Assembly (NCBI GenBank): GCA_964016885.1
Contig: OZ024741.1
Location: 368,404,001-368,468,000, forward strand
Source: Eledone cirrhosa
Lineage: Eukaryota
Length of the DNA stretch: 64,000 bases
Reading direction: 5' to 3'
Shown piece by piece: positions 12,433 to 24,450 of this stretch. The notes under the pieces are model-generated. The model saw only the letters and a program-made list of their open reading frames with translations. It had not been told where the DNA came from and did no database searches. Position numbers and translations under genes: made by a program. Numbering within the stretch: position 1 is the first letter of the stretch; each line of letters starts with the position of its first letter.

Positions 12433-13736
12433 CGTTCGACCGCCCCCCTCCCCCACTTATCCCCCACTAACACCACTAACACACCCCTCCTTTTCACCGC
12501 CCACCCCACACTAACAATACTAACACCCCCACTCCACCCCTCATCTAACCACCCTTCCCCAACTAACATACTAACACCCCTTCCCTCCCCTCTTCTCCTC
12601 CTCCCCCCTCCTTATCACACGCACACACTTACACCACCCACCCCACACGCAACTAACATCACTAACACCCTCCAACCCCACGCACACGTACCCACACACC
12701 CTCGTACACCACCAACTCTACACACTCTACCCCCACTAACACCTGCATTCCACCCCTCCCCACCTCCCGTCTACTAACACCCACTAACACCTCCTCACCA
12801 AACTACACTCCCTCCATAGAACCACACACACCCTTCTCTCCCCACTCCACACTCACTCATCCCACTAACACCCCTACTAATACACACACACACACACACA
12901 CCCTCTTCACTCCAACTCTCACACCTACCCATCCTCGCCTCCCTACCATTCCGCTGACTGCTGCTATGCCCTTCCGACCACTGTCTCAGCACCCACTGAC
13001 CACAGCACTTCAACTGCTGACCACTTCCTGTTGCGCGCGCACCCCACATCTCTCCTCTTCCGACCACCGCTTCTTGGATTACCCACACGCGTTTTGACTT
13101 CCAACCAAAATCTCCATACATCCGTGTAACTTACCACTTTCAACCATCCTCTTACACCATCACCTATATAACTCACCCACACACACATCCCGAAACAAAT
13201 TTTTTTATCCACACGCCACCCACACCCACAACACGCTTAAACCACACACACGTGCTTCCCACCACATATTTACACCCTCAGCCCCCTGATTCCTCTCCCC
13301 CCACCCCCTATCCACACACGCACAGACCCTCCGACACACAAAAACACCCCCCACACACACCTTCCTGAACATGCAACCCCGTTCTTCCCCCAACCCTCAC
13401 TTTCACATACACACACACACACACACACGCACACCTAACCACACACACCACCTTCAGCCCTCCCCGCTCGGACACCCCGTCTCCCTCTCCCCACTCCACC
13501 CGCCTCCGCCTCTACTCACCCCACACCCTTCCACCACCTGTTTACCCCCCTTTTAATTTCAGTTTATTTTGATCATGCCTTTATTTTTAAATGTTCTCAT
13601 TCCTTGTATTTTGATCATGCTTTATTTTTATTTATTATTTATTATATTTTTGTCTTTATTTGTTAATTTTTCATTCGCACCGTTTCCTTTCGCTATATGT
13701 CTCTCCACCACTCCCCTACACACCTTTTGAACTCTT

Positions 13737-13768
13737 ACCCGAAGAAGGGCTTATGCCCGAAACGTCGT
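13737..13768 (+). ncRNA. Minimal hammerhead-like motif (variant core CCGAAGA)
   Basis: AC-CCGAAGA-A-GGGC-uuau-GCCC-GAAAC-GUC-GU: canonical stem II, GAAA and GUC triplet, palindromic ACGU stem III, U4-to-C change in the core. Confidence 0.7.
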
Positions 13769-13879
13769 CCTCCACCTACCCTCCACACTCCTGAGCGTGA
13801 ATCTAATAAACATTTGTCGTACTGCCTCTCTGTTCTGTCCCTGTTCAATTTTTTATTATTATATATATATATATATATA

Positions 13880-14720
13880 CAGCAGCGGAAGTGGATGTTC
13901 GGAAAGTACAATAACTAGGGTAAGAACGGGATGGAAGAAGTTCAGGGAGCTACTGCCACTGCTAGTTGCAAAAGGTTTTCCCTCAAAATGAAAGGCAGAC
14001 TGTATGATGCGTGTATACGAACATCAATGTTACATGGTAGAGAGACGTGGGCGCTGTCTGTAGAAGACTTGCGTAGATTAGAAAGAAACGAAGCTTGCAT
14101 GCTCCGATGGATGTGTAATAGTAATACACGTGAACGGCAAAGCATAAACCAATTGACAGAGAGACTGAGCATAAGAGGAATCAAATGCTATGTGCAGGAG
14201 AGGAGGTTGCGTTGGCCTGGACATGTGATGTGTATGAAGGATGACAGTTGCATAAAAAGGTGCAGAGCACTAGAAATCGATGGAAGCCGCGGAGTGGGGA
14301 GACCCAAGAGATGTGGGATGAGGTGATAAAAGCCGACCTTACCCAATTGCACCTCTCAAGGGTGATGACACACGACTGACCTCTGGCGTCACGCAGTAAT
14401 ACAGAAGACTTCCCACGGGTTACAAGCCGAGGCATATAGACAATATGCCCCCACACCCTCCCACTGCAAAGTGGTCGTGGAGGTGCCACAGCAAAAATGC
14501 ACCCAGCCCACACTGTAAAGTGGACATGTAGGTGCCACGGAAAAAAAACACCCAGCACTCACTGTAAATGAGGTTGGTGTTAGATAGGGCATCCAGCTGT
14601 AGAAATCAAGCGAGAATCAGTTGCCGTAAGTAAGACAAGGTCAGCCGACTGGACACTGCCCACAACAGGAAATCCATCTAACCCATGCTAGCGTGGAGGA
14701 ACAGACGTAAAACAGTGATA
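13880..14720 (+). mobile_element. RTE A-type LINE 3' fragment (diverged subfamily A3)
   Basis: RVRTGWKKFRELLPLL, LHGRETW, RRLRWPGHV; 3' end acccatgctagcgtggaggaacagacgtaaa. Confidence 0.88.
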
Positions 14721-15841
14721 TAAGTGTATATGTATATATATATGTGTATAAATATACACACACAAAGATTAACAAATAGATTCTGTGAATAAATGAAAAT
14801 ATGTAAAAAAGAAATAATTCTTAAAGTATATCATTCAAAAAAATATTTATCACTAATCTATTCTCATGTTAAACTAATTACAAACAGACCACAAGGCAGT
14901 TATTTTATTACTGCCAAATATTTTACAATGCTTACAACAATATTCATATTGGCTCTAAGTATTGTTATCATGTCAGTTTAATGTAGACAATTGTCATTAG
15001 TCTATCCAGTAGATATAAGCCAAGTGAAATACTCCCAAACGAAAAGATTTGTGATTAAAATATATACCTAGAAGCATGATAGGGGAAAGGTGGTAGCGGC
15101 TATTAACCTATTTACAAATCAAAACCTTGCTATAACTATGCATTGTGTTTTCAGAATACAAAACTGTCCTTGCCTTAATTTGTTTATCAAATGCTAGATT
15201 CCAGTCATTCAGCAATGAATAATTAGTAAGATGAAAAAAAATTTCAAATCTACATAAGTGTATCACTGATGTAAATAGTTGAGGGCATGTGTCAACAAAA
15301 TACAGTGAGTAAAATTCATCATTTTATACATGCAAATGCAAGCATAGTTGAGTGTTTAAGAAATTCTATACCCTTGAGTGATATCAGTTTGACAAATGCT
15401 ATGTGAGTAAAGTTGGTCAATGAAGCCTCTCATATATATATGTGTGTTTGCTTGCCTGTTTCTTTGTTTTACATTTTGATACTGCTATCAGGAATATTTG
15501 TTTATGTCCTGCATAAACAGAAGCCCCACATTTCAGCAGTTCGATGTGTCAAACTTCATACCTTACTTTTTAAAAAATTAAAGTGAAAATTGGCATCCAA
15601 CCCATGACAGTATGCAAAAACAGATGACAAAAGTAATTTTGTGAGTTTGAAACATTAGAACTCACCTTTTTTTTCATAGCACACTGACTTATCTTTTTAA
15701 AATTTCAGTTAATTTTAACAATTATATTATTCTCAGATCAATACACCTTTTTGATACCAAACTGCCTGAAACTACAATACTAAGCTGTTTATTTTAAATT
15801 ATATATATATCTAAAAACCTTTCATTATAATTTTATGGAAG

Positions 15842-15971
15842 TTACGTCCCTTTACAGTCTGAGTTCAAATCCCGCCGAGGTTAACTTTGCCTTTCATCGT
15901 TACGGGGTCAATAAAATAAAGTACCAGTAATGTACTGTGTAATTGGTGGCCTTGTGCCTAAAGTAGAAATA
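15842..15971 (+). mobile_element. SINE S1, 5'-truncated, 18-bp TSD
   Basis: TSD attataattttatggaag at 15824-15841 and 15972-15989; body matches 6790-6928. Confidence 0.88.
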
Positions 15972-16116
15972 ATTATAATTTTATGGAAGAATCTTTGTTA
16001 TACTGTGCTCCAAACATGAGCTTAATATTGAGAAAATGAGTTACATTACTAGGCAGTGACTGTCATTAGAAATATGGTAATACAAATTTCTCACCTCTGT
16101 TTCAATCCATTTTATT

Positions 16117-16201
16117 TTAAAGCAAATTATCTCTGTTGTATTTCATCATGTATTCAAAGTCTTTGAAACTAATTCTTCCATCTCCATCTTGATCCACCTC
16201 C
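16117..16201 (-). CDS. EFCAB11: EFCAB11 exon 6 (EF-hand, stop codon)
   Basis: ag|G EVDQDGDGRISFKDFEYMMKYNRDNLL*. Resembles the recalled human C-terminus REVDRDSDGHVSFRDFEYAL. AATAAA follows the stop. Confidence 0.93.
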
Positions 16202-16799
16202 CTAACATTTAAATCAAGAAAAACAATATTACTTAAATTAATATAAACTAATGTCTTAATGTCTTCCGTTTGTATCAAGTATATTCTTTATAAAATATCC
16301 CAAAATATTGCTATGAAGCACAAGCATGTTAAAATAATAATGAAATTATTGTGTAAAGTGCTCAGGTGCACTACAACTCGTCATGTTAGTGTGGTTTAGG
16401 AGTTTGTTTCACAACCACAATGTTTCGAGTTCAGTCCTTTTGCTGGGCACCTTGGGCAAGTATCTTCTTTTGCCTTAAGTTGACTAATGCCTTACAAGTT
16501 AAATTTAGTAGATAGAAACTGTGCTGAAATCAGTGTTTGTTTATGTCCTGCTACTTAGTGGTTAGGCAAAAAAAAAAAGATTGATAAAATATACCAGAGT
16601 TAAAATGATCAGCTAAATCCCTTTAAGATGGTGCCCCGGCATGGGCACAGTTTAATGGCTGAAAACAAAAATGAATAACATTGCTACTATTACTATTATT
16701 ATTAATAACTATTGGTAGCTTGACAGAATGGTTGGAGCATCAGACAAAATTCCTAAAGAAATTATTATTGGTGGCTTATCAGAATATTTAGGACGCCAG

Positions 16800-18640
16800 A
16801 TTACATTTTGATTTGAAGTCTCCCTGGGCAAACTGAGGATATTGAGACAGAGTGGAGATTATTCAGCGCAACAGTTTCTTCTTCAGCTGTTAAATGCTGC
16901 GGGAGGCTTGGTTTGGCATCGGATGGCAGGAGGACCCTTTGGTTCAATCAAGAAGTCAAAGATACCATCCGAAAAAAGAAGGAGGCTTAAAAAGCTTGGC
17001 TTGGCAAAAAGTTCTCTTTCTTGCACTTGCGGTACAAGCAGGCACAAAGAATTGCAGCAGAGTAAGTAAAGGCGTCTAAAGTTAAGACATAGGACTTTGG
17101 GGTTAAACTAGAATTCGACTTCAGATCAGCAAATAAAGTGTTCTGGCAGACCATCCTCCGACTTTGTAATAAGAAGCCCTCCTCCACACCTACTATCAAG
17201 AATGTGTCTGGGGTTCTCCTCACTTTCAAGAGGTGCATCCTTGTGAAGTGGAGAGAATACTTTGCTGATCTCCTAAACCATTACAACAGCATTTTCTGAT
17301 GTACACGAGGTGCAACTGGGAGTGGTGACTGATCTCTCAGAGGCTGAGGTCACAAAAGCAGTTAAAGAGCTCAAATGTGGCAAGGCCGCTGAGGAATAAT
17401 AATCCCAATTTTCAAAAAGGGAGACAAAAGAGATTGTTCCAATTACAGAGGGGGTCTATGTTAAGTGTCTGGCAAAGAGATGCAGGGAGATTGTTGAGTC
17501 CAAGATAGCTGGTGAATAGTGTGGTTTTCACCCTGGACACAGCACAGCTGACCAAATATTCACACTGCAGCAGTTATTCAAGAAATTGTGCGAGTATTGC
17601 CAAGAGGTATATTCTTGTTTTGTTGACCTTGAAAAGGTAAATGACTTCATTCCTTGGGGCTTGCTGTGGCAGGTTCTGCTGGAGTATGGGATTGATGGTC
17701 AGCTCCTTGCTGCTCTGATGTCTCTATACAAATGCCCAAGTATTTGTGTTCTGATAAATTGTGCTAAATCGAAACCATTCAATGAGGGAGTGTACTGTCA
17801 CCTCTCCTGTTCGTTATTTACATGAACAGGATTGATATGTGCAGCTTGGTTGGAAGTGGTATCATGATTGGCAGGTGTAAAATCAGTCGACTGGAATTTG
17901 CAGCCGACATGGTACTTAACTCGACAAAAGGTTATCTCTGACTTGCACTCGATAGTTTTGATGCCGAATGCTGCATGGCTGGATTGAAAATCAGTGCTGC
18001 AAAAACTGAGATGCTTGTCCTTTTAAGGAAGCCTGCACATGCAAATGGAGTTCCACTGAAACAAGTAGAGAAGTCCAAGTATCTCAGGGCCGTGTTCACG
18101 AGTGGTGGAAGGCAAGAGGCTGAATTAAGTGCAAAAATTGCAGAAGCTGGTGCAGTAATGCGCCAGCTCCAGCATTCAGTAATCAGAAGGGAAGTAGTCG
18201 TAAAAGCCAAACTCGCTATCTTCAACTCGGTATTCATGCCAACCTTTACCTATGGTCATGAATCTTGTGTAGTGACCAATAGAATACGATCATGAATACA
18301 AGCAATCAAAATGGGATTCCTCCAAAGGATCTTTGGAGTAACATTTCTAGATAGAGTGCATAACTCCAAAACCAGAGAGTCACTCCAGGTAGAGCTGCTA
18401 CTTCTTCGAATTGAGAGATCACAGCTCCAATACTGTGTGCATGTGGTTAGAATGTCTCAGGAAAGAATCACTGGGCAAAACCAACCGGCATGAGACTCTG
18501 AGCAAGATGATTGGATAACATCCATGAGATTGGATCCCCAAGTGAAACCAGCCAGACAGTTGCTTCCGACAGGACCCGCTGGAAAGAGTGTTTGAGGACT
18601 TGACTCCCACGACCCTCTCAGGAATAAGTGGGTGAAGAAG
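16800..18640 (+). mobile_element. Old RTE (Rex3/Expander-like) LINE in EFCAB11 intron 5, antisense; related remnants at 24480-24825, 26800-27060, 56320-56490
   Basis: Degenerate CFVDLEK, LTYGHES, MGFLQRIFGVT..DRV, LRIERSQL motifs with many stops and frameshifts. Confidence 0.8.
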
Positions 18641-18981
18641 TACCACTAAACTCAACTTTGCCTTTCATCCTTCAGGAGTCAATAAAACAAAGTCCATTTA
18701 ATACTGAGGTTGATATAATTGACTTTGTCCGCTTTTAAAATTGCCAGCCTTGTGCCTAAATCAGAAACCATTGTTTATTTTTTCCCTGGCTATAAGTCAT
18801 TGTTGTCCTTTTAGAAGCAGAAAAATGTAGTGGACCAGTGTTTATATCTGAGTTTTATAGTGTTAATATATTACTTCACAGTTATCTTCTTCACCATATC
18901 TATCACTTCTAGTTGTCTCAAATAGAAAATAAACAATTGAAAAGCCATAATAGTTTGCCAGAAAATCAAAAATTAATTCAC

Positions 18982-19072
18982 CTGAAAATAACTTCAATGT
19001 TTTCTTCTGGAAATTTTGGAGCTACTTCCTTGAAAACTTTCTTTAAATCAACAACAGTGAGGAAACCATGGC
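18982..19072 (-). CDS. EFCAB11: EFCAB11 exon 5
   Basis: ag|(C)HGFLTVVDLKKVFKEVAPKFPEENIEVIF(R)|gtgaat; 91 nt, phases 1/2 consistent with neighbours. Confidence 0.93.
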
Positions 19073-19714
19073 CTAAAATAAGAGAGTACTGTTAGATTAT
19101 AAATTTCAGCAGGTGCAGATAAAATGTCTTGTACTATTTAGCTACAATTCTTTACATTTGGAGTTGAAGTCTTACTAAACTCAGCTTTGCTTTTCATCCT
19201 ACCAGGGTTGATAAAATAAAGTTCATTTAATACTGGGCTGATATAATCGACTTTATCCTCCTTCAAAATTGCTGGTCTTCAGCCTAAATCGGAAAGCAGC
19301 TCCTTGTAAACAAGCCTGTAGAATGGTTTTTATTTCTGGATTTATTTCTATTTCACATCTGATGACCTTGAGAAGACACAATTGTTATGAACTCAACTGC
19401 CACTGCCTTGAAGATAACATTGATAGCTTACATTGATCTTTAAGGGTTAGATTTATTCATTCTATGTAGGATTAATGCATCACTGCTACAGTTGATTAGT
19501 TGTAGTTAGGAAGGATATGCTATTGGAAAAATCAAGTAAAACATCCCATTTTGAAAGCAATAAAATAAAAACTGATGTAAAAGAAAAGAAAAATTACTAA
19601 ATGATTAGCTCATGAGTTCATACTACACTCTGTTCATGGCAATATCATGTAATCTAAGGCAGGATATATTGTTTGTACATAGAGTAATCCTCACATAGAG
19701 CAGACATGGAAGTG

Positions 19715-20160
19715 TGATTCTATTGAAAGAGATGGTGTCACTGTGTGACGCTACTGTCATCATCATCATTGTTTAACGTCCATTTTCCACGCTAGCATGG
19801 GTTAGACTTATATAAACAACATATCATTTGAAAGAGATGGCATCTATGTGAAGCTACTGTTCCTCGGAGAGATGGTATAACTGAGATTACTGTTCCTCAA
19901 ATAAACATTCCTTTTGATATAGATGATAGTACAGTGTGAGGCTAGAGTCCTGCAAATATACAACATACTATTTGAAAGAGATGGTATCACTAAGAGGCTA
20001 CTGTCTCTCAAAGAGATGGTATCACTATGAAGCTACTGTCCTGCAAATACACAACATTCCATTTAATAAGAGATGTATCAATGTATGAGCCTATTGTCCT
20101 GTCAACATACTACTTGAAAGAGATGGTATCACCGTCCCCAAAATACACACTGTTCCATTT
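19715..20160. repeat. Degenerate ~30/58-bp minisatellite (gaaagagatggtatcact...gctactgtcc...caacat) with an RTE tail fragment inserted at 19757-19808
   Basis: agagatggt-type motif recurs about 8 times. Confidence 0.8.
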
Positions 20161-20517
20161 GCTTGCTTTGGTCTTTTGTTTTTCATGACAATACTAATTG
20201 GTGGCATTGGTTTTTGAGCAATATGGCAACAGTCTGGAAGTGATACTAATAGTAGCAGGTATCACTCAAAATATATTATGACTGTGGTGATATGAGTGAA
20301 AAACTGATATAAAATTATTAGTGATATTTCTAATTGAACTAATATAAGAACTACAAGGGTGTATTGATATTAATGAAAGTATACAGATAGCAATGGTGAT
20401 ATAAGTAAATGGAAAATTTGAAAATGTGAGTGAACAAGCTGACTTTTACTGACAATCATCAACAAAGATAAAAAAATGTGTTTAAAAATTAAAAAGAATG
20501 TATCAAAGTTTACTTAC

Positions 20518-20619
20518 AGCTAAAATCAAAAGCCATGAATGTAAGTCGAATTTCTTCATTTTCATCCCTTGCAGCCATCTTTGGTGTCATGGCTTTTATA
20601 AAGCTTTCTAATGTTAAAC
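20518..20619 (-). CDS. EFCAB11: EFCAB11 exon 4
   Basis: ag|(G)LTLESFIKAMTPKMAARDENEEIRLTFMAFDFS|gtaagt; 102 nt, phase 1/1. Confidence 0.92.
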
Positions 20620-20686
20620 CTGTTAAATAAAATTATACATATAAACTCTCTCTCTCTCTATATATATATATATATGTGTGTGTATA

Positions 20687-20934
20687 CAATAAGAAAAATC
20701 AATGATGTGTTTACATGTATTTGTTTATATCGAATATCAACCTGTTATGTGCATTTTGCAGATGATTGGCTCAAGGGACCTTGAGCCAATTATATACAAA
20801 ATGCACATAACAGGTTGATACTCAAACATAAATACATGTGAATGAAACTTCATTGTTTTTTCTTATATATACTTTGCCTGTGCATCAAATGCTCATATTG
20901 GTACCACCACTAGTAAGTCAGTAAATCACCTACG

Positions 20935-20935
<1 letters not shown>
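20687..20935 (+). repeat. Fold-back element: ~90-bp imperfect inverted repeat (centre 20777-20778) + unique tail + (TA)n
   Basis: tatcaacctgttatgtgcattttg..attggctcaagg / ccttgagccaat..caaaatgcacataacaggttgata. Confidence 0.85.
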
Positions 20936-20966
<31 letters not shown>

Positions 20967-21022
20967 CTCATGCTAGCGTGGAAAGTGGACGTTAAACGAG
21001 GATGATGATGATGATATATATA

Positions 21023-21293
21023 TAATAATAATAATGAAATTATTGTGTACAGTGCTCAGGTGCACTACAACTCATCAACAGTGCATGTATAGTACATAGA
21101 AAAATGTACAAATGTCAGGAAAATGAACAGTGTACGAGTCATGAAATACACGTTGGCGAATCTCAGGAAGCATGGAAGTTTTAAAGGATGCAGTGTCTCG
21201 ACAGCTAATAACTGATGCAGGTAGTTTGTTCCATGCTTCGGCAACTCTGAGCGTGAAAAAATGTTTCCAAAAGTCATGGGAACTGTGGTGTTT
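21023..21293 (-). mobile_element. CR1-clade LINE 3' end with (TTA)n tail; shorter copies at 16333-16380, 23300-23425, 23430-23537, 36714-36763
   Basis: HFFTLRVAEAWNKLP C-terminal motif; shared 3' end gagttgtagtgcacctgagcactgtacacaataatttcattattatt. Confidence 0.85.
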
Positions 21294-21299
21294 TATATA

Positions 21300-21521
21300 T
21301 ATAAATATGGATTGAGAGGGACAAGGCTGCATGGTGATAATGAGTGTTAGAAAGTTAAGGGAACACAAACAAGAGATAGACATTTTCCCTTCATCAGTTA
21401 TCTACTACGGGTCACAGATGTTTCAGCACATAATGCGCTGAAACATCTGTGACCCGTAGTAGATAACTCATGAAGGGAAAATGTCTATCTCTTGTTTGTG
21501 TTCCCTTAACTTTCTAACACT
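21300..21521 (-). repeat. Fold-back element: 85-bp arms (21343-21427 / 21437-21521, one mismatch) + unique tail, TA-flanked
   Basis: Near-perfect palindrome read directly. The minus-strand arm contains GAAAC and CTGATGA. Confidence 0.92.
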
Positions 21522-21951
21522 ATATAAATATATATATTTAAAAGTTTGTGTGTATGTTCTTTTCTCCTACCTCTCCCCTCTCATTTTTATGTAATAATCT
21601 TTTGTTCCTCCCTGTCTACCTCCCCTCAGAGTTAATGCTTTTTACCTTTCTACCTCTCTTCCCATTACTCATTCACTTTCATTTAGCATTTGTTCTCTCT
21701 ATATTGCTATCTATTACTCTTTTATATCTCATCTTTCCTTTTCATAAGATGCTCTGCAGTTGCTTTGTTCTCATGATGAATGCTCTCTTCTCTATGTATT
21801 TGTATTTCTCTTTCCCTTTTTTATCTCCCTTCTCTCTCTCTCTTTACTTTGGAACATTTTCTTTGCAAATACACCATCATCATCATATGTCCATTTTCCA
21901 CGCATATCTAAAATCATTTCATTAAAAACAAAAAAATATGTATATGTATGG

Positions 21952-22645
21952 ATCATCATCATTGATAAACGTCTATCTTCCACACTAGCATGGGTTAGAC
22001 GGGTTTGTCCCATTTAGAGGCAAGTTGGGTCGGATGACCGTGTCTCGCTCATATAGGAGTTTCTGGCTGGTTTTCTACAGCTGGATGTCCTTCCTAACGC
22101 CAACCACATTTACAGTGTGGGCTGGGTGCTTTTTGTTGACACCTACATGATCACTTTACAGTGTGGGCTGGATGTTTTTTATAGTGTGGACTGGGCACCT
22201 TTGTTGTGTCGCTGACACAACCACTTTACAGTGGGGCCTGGGCACTGTCTTGGGACTAGGGAGGGTGGAGGGGATTGGGGAAAAATTGGGACAGGGTGGT
22301 AGGGGAAGTATGGTTACCACTAAGGGAGGTGAATGAGAGGGTATAGAAGGTTGAGGAAAGTGTTGCCTACTAGGTATAAGCCTCATCCTGAAAATAATAG
22401 AGGGCGGATCTTCTGTAAAACTGCATAGTGCCAGAGGTCGCGGTCCTGAGTCATTACCTTTGAGAGGTATAATTGTGCAAGGTCAGCTTTTATTACCTCA
22501 TCCCAAGTTTTCCTAGACTGCCCACACCATCAACTTTGAGTGCTCTGCACCTTCCTATACAGCCGTCATCCTTCATACGCATCACATGTCCATACTAATG
22601 CAATCTCCTCTCCTGCATGCAACAACTGATCCCTCTTAAGCCATG
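21952..22645 (-). mobile_element. RTE A3 3' fragment with (GAT)n tail
   Basis: Homologous to 14170-14720, including the ttaggaaggacatccagctgtagaaa motif. Confidence 0.8.
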
Positions 22646-23856
22646 TATAAATGTAAATATGTGTGTTTGTGCAGTAGGGATGCACACATAATATCAAATA
22701 TTCTTCTTCGTACATATACAAAAACACATTAATTGGTATACTTCTCAATTACAGATTTCCGTGTAATTTTTTTTTTTAAATTTGCTATGTCTAGATGCTG
22801 AGGCTGATGAGATGGATGCTGTTCGTGTTCAGTTGAAATTGTTGTAAATTGACCCCTACATGAAATATATGTGCAGGGAATGAATTCTAGTAAGACAACA
22901 TTCTGGGGAAGAAGGACTGAACATAGTAGTTAGTGAAGGACCTGGGAAGCTGGACACAATATAGATGATGAGAGGAGAAAAGACAAATTAAGCAGGAATG
23001 TCTGAGTGAATGTTGCATAAGTTCAGCCACTCTGAGGAGCTGAACCCATTGTTATAGAAGTGAAAGAGGTAGAGAGGAGACTGGACATCTGTTGGCCAGA
23101 GGTTAGCATGTGTCTGTCAGTATCTCTATATGATCTAGAGTGTTTGTGTGTGTGGCAGCAGCACTGTATCAGATGTGGCTCTTACATGAGTTCTGTAAAG
23201 GATCAAAAGTTGTTAAAGGTTGAAGTAATTTTTGGCTCTGAAGAGAAGAGCCAGTCTTTTAGATACAGCTCTAGCTATGTTTAAGATGTGTTTACCATAT
23301 AATAATAATAATAATGAAATTATTGTGTACAGTGCTCAGGTGCACTACAACTCATCAAAGGTGCATGTATAGTACATAGAATAATGTACAAATGTCAGGA
23401 AAATGAACAGTGTATGAGTCATGATATAATAACAATAACAATAATGAAATATTGTGTACAGTGCCCAGGTGCACCACAACTCATCAAAGGTGCATGTACA
23501 GTACATAGGGCAATGCACAAACATCAGTAAAATGAACCTTAGTGAGAGTGAGCCATCACATTTGGAGAAAATGTGAGGACTCTAATTGAATGCTGTTCAT
23601 ATTTAAAAGTGGGGAAGTGCAGAGATGTTTTAGTTCCATACACGTACAATCAATAGAGCAAATAAACAATAACAATTCACTGCGATAGACACAAAATGGA
23701 GCAAAAAGTATGACCAAATTTGTTTAACTAACTTTCAGGACAAATTTCTAATTTCACTTTGATGCTAATCTAAAATTGAATTTAACAAATTCATTCTAGA
23801 ACCATCCCAAATGTTCTCATACTTCTCTGTTTATTCCAAATAAATATCAAACTTAC

Positions 23857-23911
23857 CCCTCTCTTCACTGAAATAATCAGAATAGGCTTCCATTATTCTA
23901 TTGGTTTCATT
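23857..23911 (-). CDS. EFCAB11: EFCAB11 exon 3
   Basis: tag|NETNRIMEAYSDYFSEER(G)|gtaagt; 55 nt, phases 0/1 bridge exons 2 and 4 in frame. Confidence 0.85.
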
Positions 23912-24174
23912 CTACAAATAAATAGATAAATAATATTTTAAATCCTGGAATACGTGTCTTGTTACTAAGCATGTATACCTCTAGGAGTGACAACTTTGAT
24001 AGGTTTTTGGCCAGTATTGGTCCAGGCCATGTCTAAATAGCACTACCTGGCGAAGTCTTTCAAATCAGGATTTGGGCACCATGGCCCACACAAGTAGAGA
24101 GTTATTGTTTACAGAGACATATCTGGGTATAGGAGGTTTATCTGGGATTTCTTGGAGGAATTTATCATATAACT

Positions 24175-24450
24175 GAATGGTTAAAGTGTTCGACTCACAA
24201 TTGTAATGCCAAGAGTTCAATTCCTAGTAGTGCATTGTGTCTTTCAGCAAGACACTTTATTTCACTTGTTCCCGTCTACTAAACTGAAAAAAAAAAAATT
24301 GTACCTGTAATTCAAAGGGACCAGCTTTGTCATGGTGAATCTCCCTGAGAATTACATTAAAGGAGCACATCTATGAAATGCTCGGTCACTTATATGTTAA
24401 TTTCACAAGTAGTCTGTTCTGTTGATTAAATGACTGAGAGGCTGACGATC
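24175..24450 (+). mobile_element. Older tRNA-derived SINE (family S2); related copies at about 16385-16670, 26515-26780, 34200-34380, 34665-34780, 55675-55990, 60645-60760
   Basis: tggttaa..gtgttcgactcac...gagttcaattcc head and shared body (gcaagacactttatttca, cctgtaattcaaaggg, tgaatctccctgagaa). Confidence 0.7.

Larger units (their letters stand above)
11591..13859 (+). mobile_element. Second Penelope-like element (Neptune-type), 5'-truncated, extremely C-rich, TA-flanked on both sides
   Basis: YLDFTSSHP...[15 protein letters not shown] thumb; CSRPRCNTC linker; [11 protein letters not shown]...[16 protein letters not shown]...GLN GIY-YIG; 1.4-kb 3' UTR with hammerhead motif and AATAAA (13805-13810). 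Confidence 0.93.

Noticed and set aside
19715-20160. Repeat-spacer-like pattern (CRISPR-like)
   Set aside because: The intervening segments are themselves homologous and the context is a eukaryotic intron; it is a degenerate minisatellite.
22780-23290. Possible decayed LINE endonuclease region
   Set aside because: Too degenerate to assign a family or boundaries by eye.
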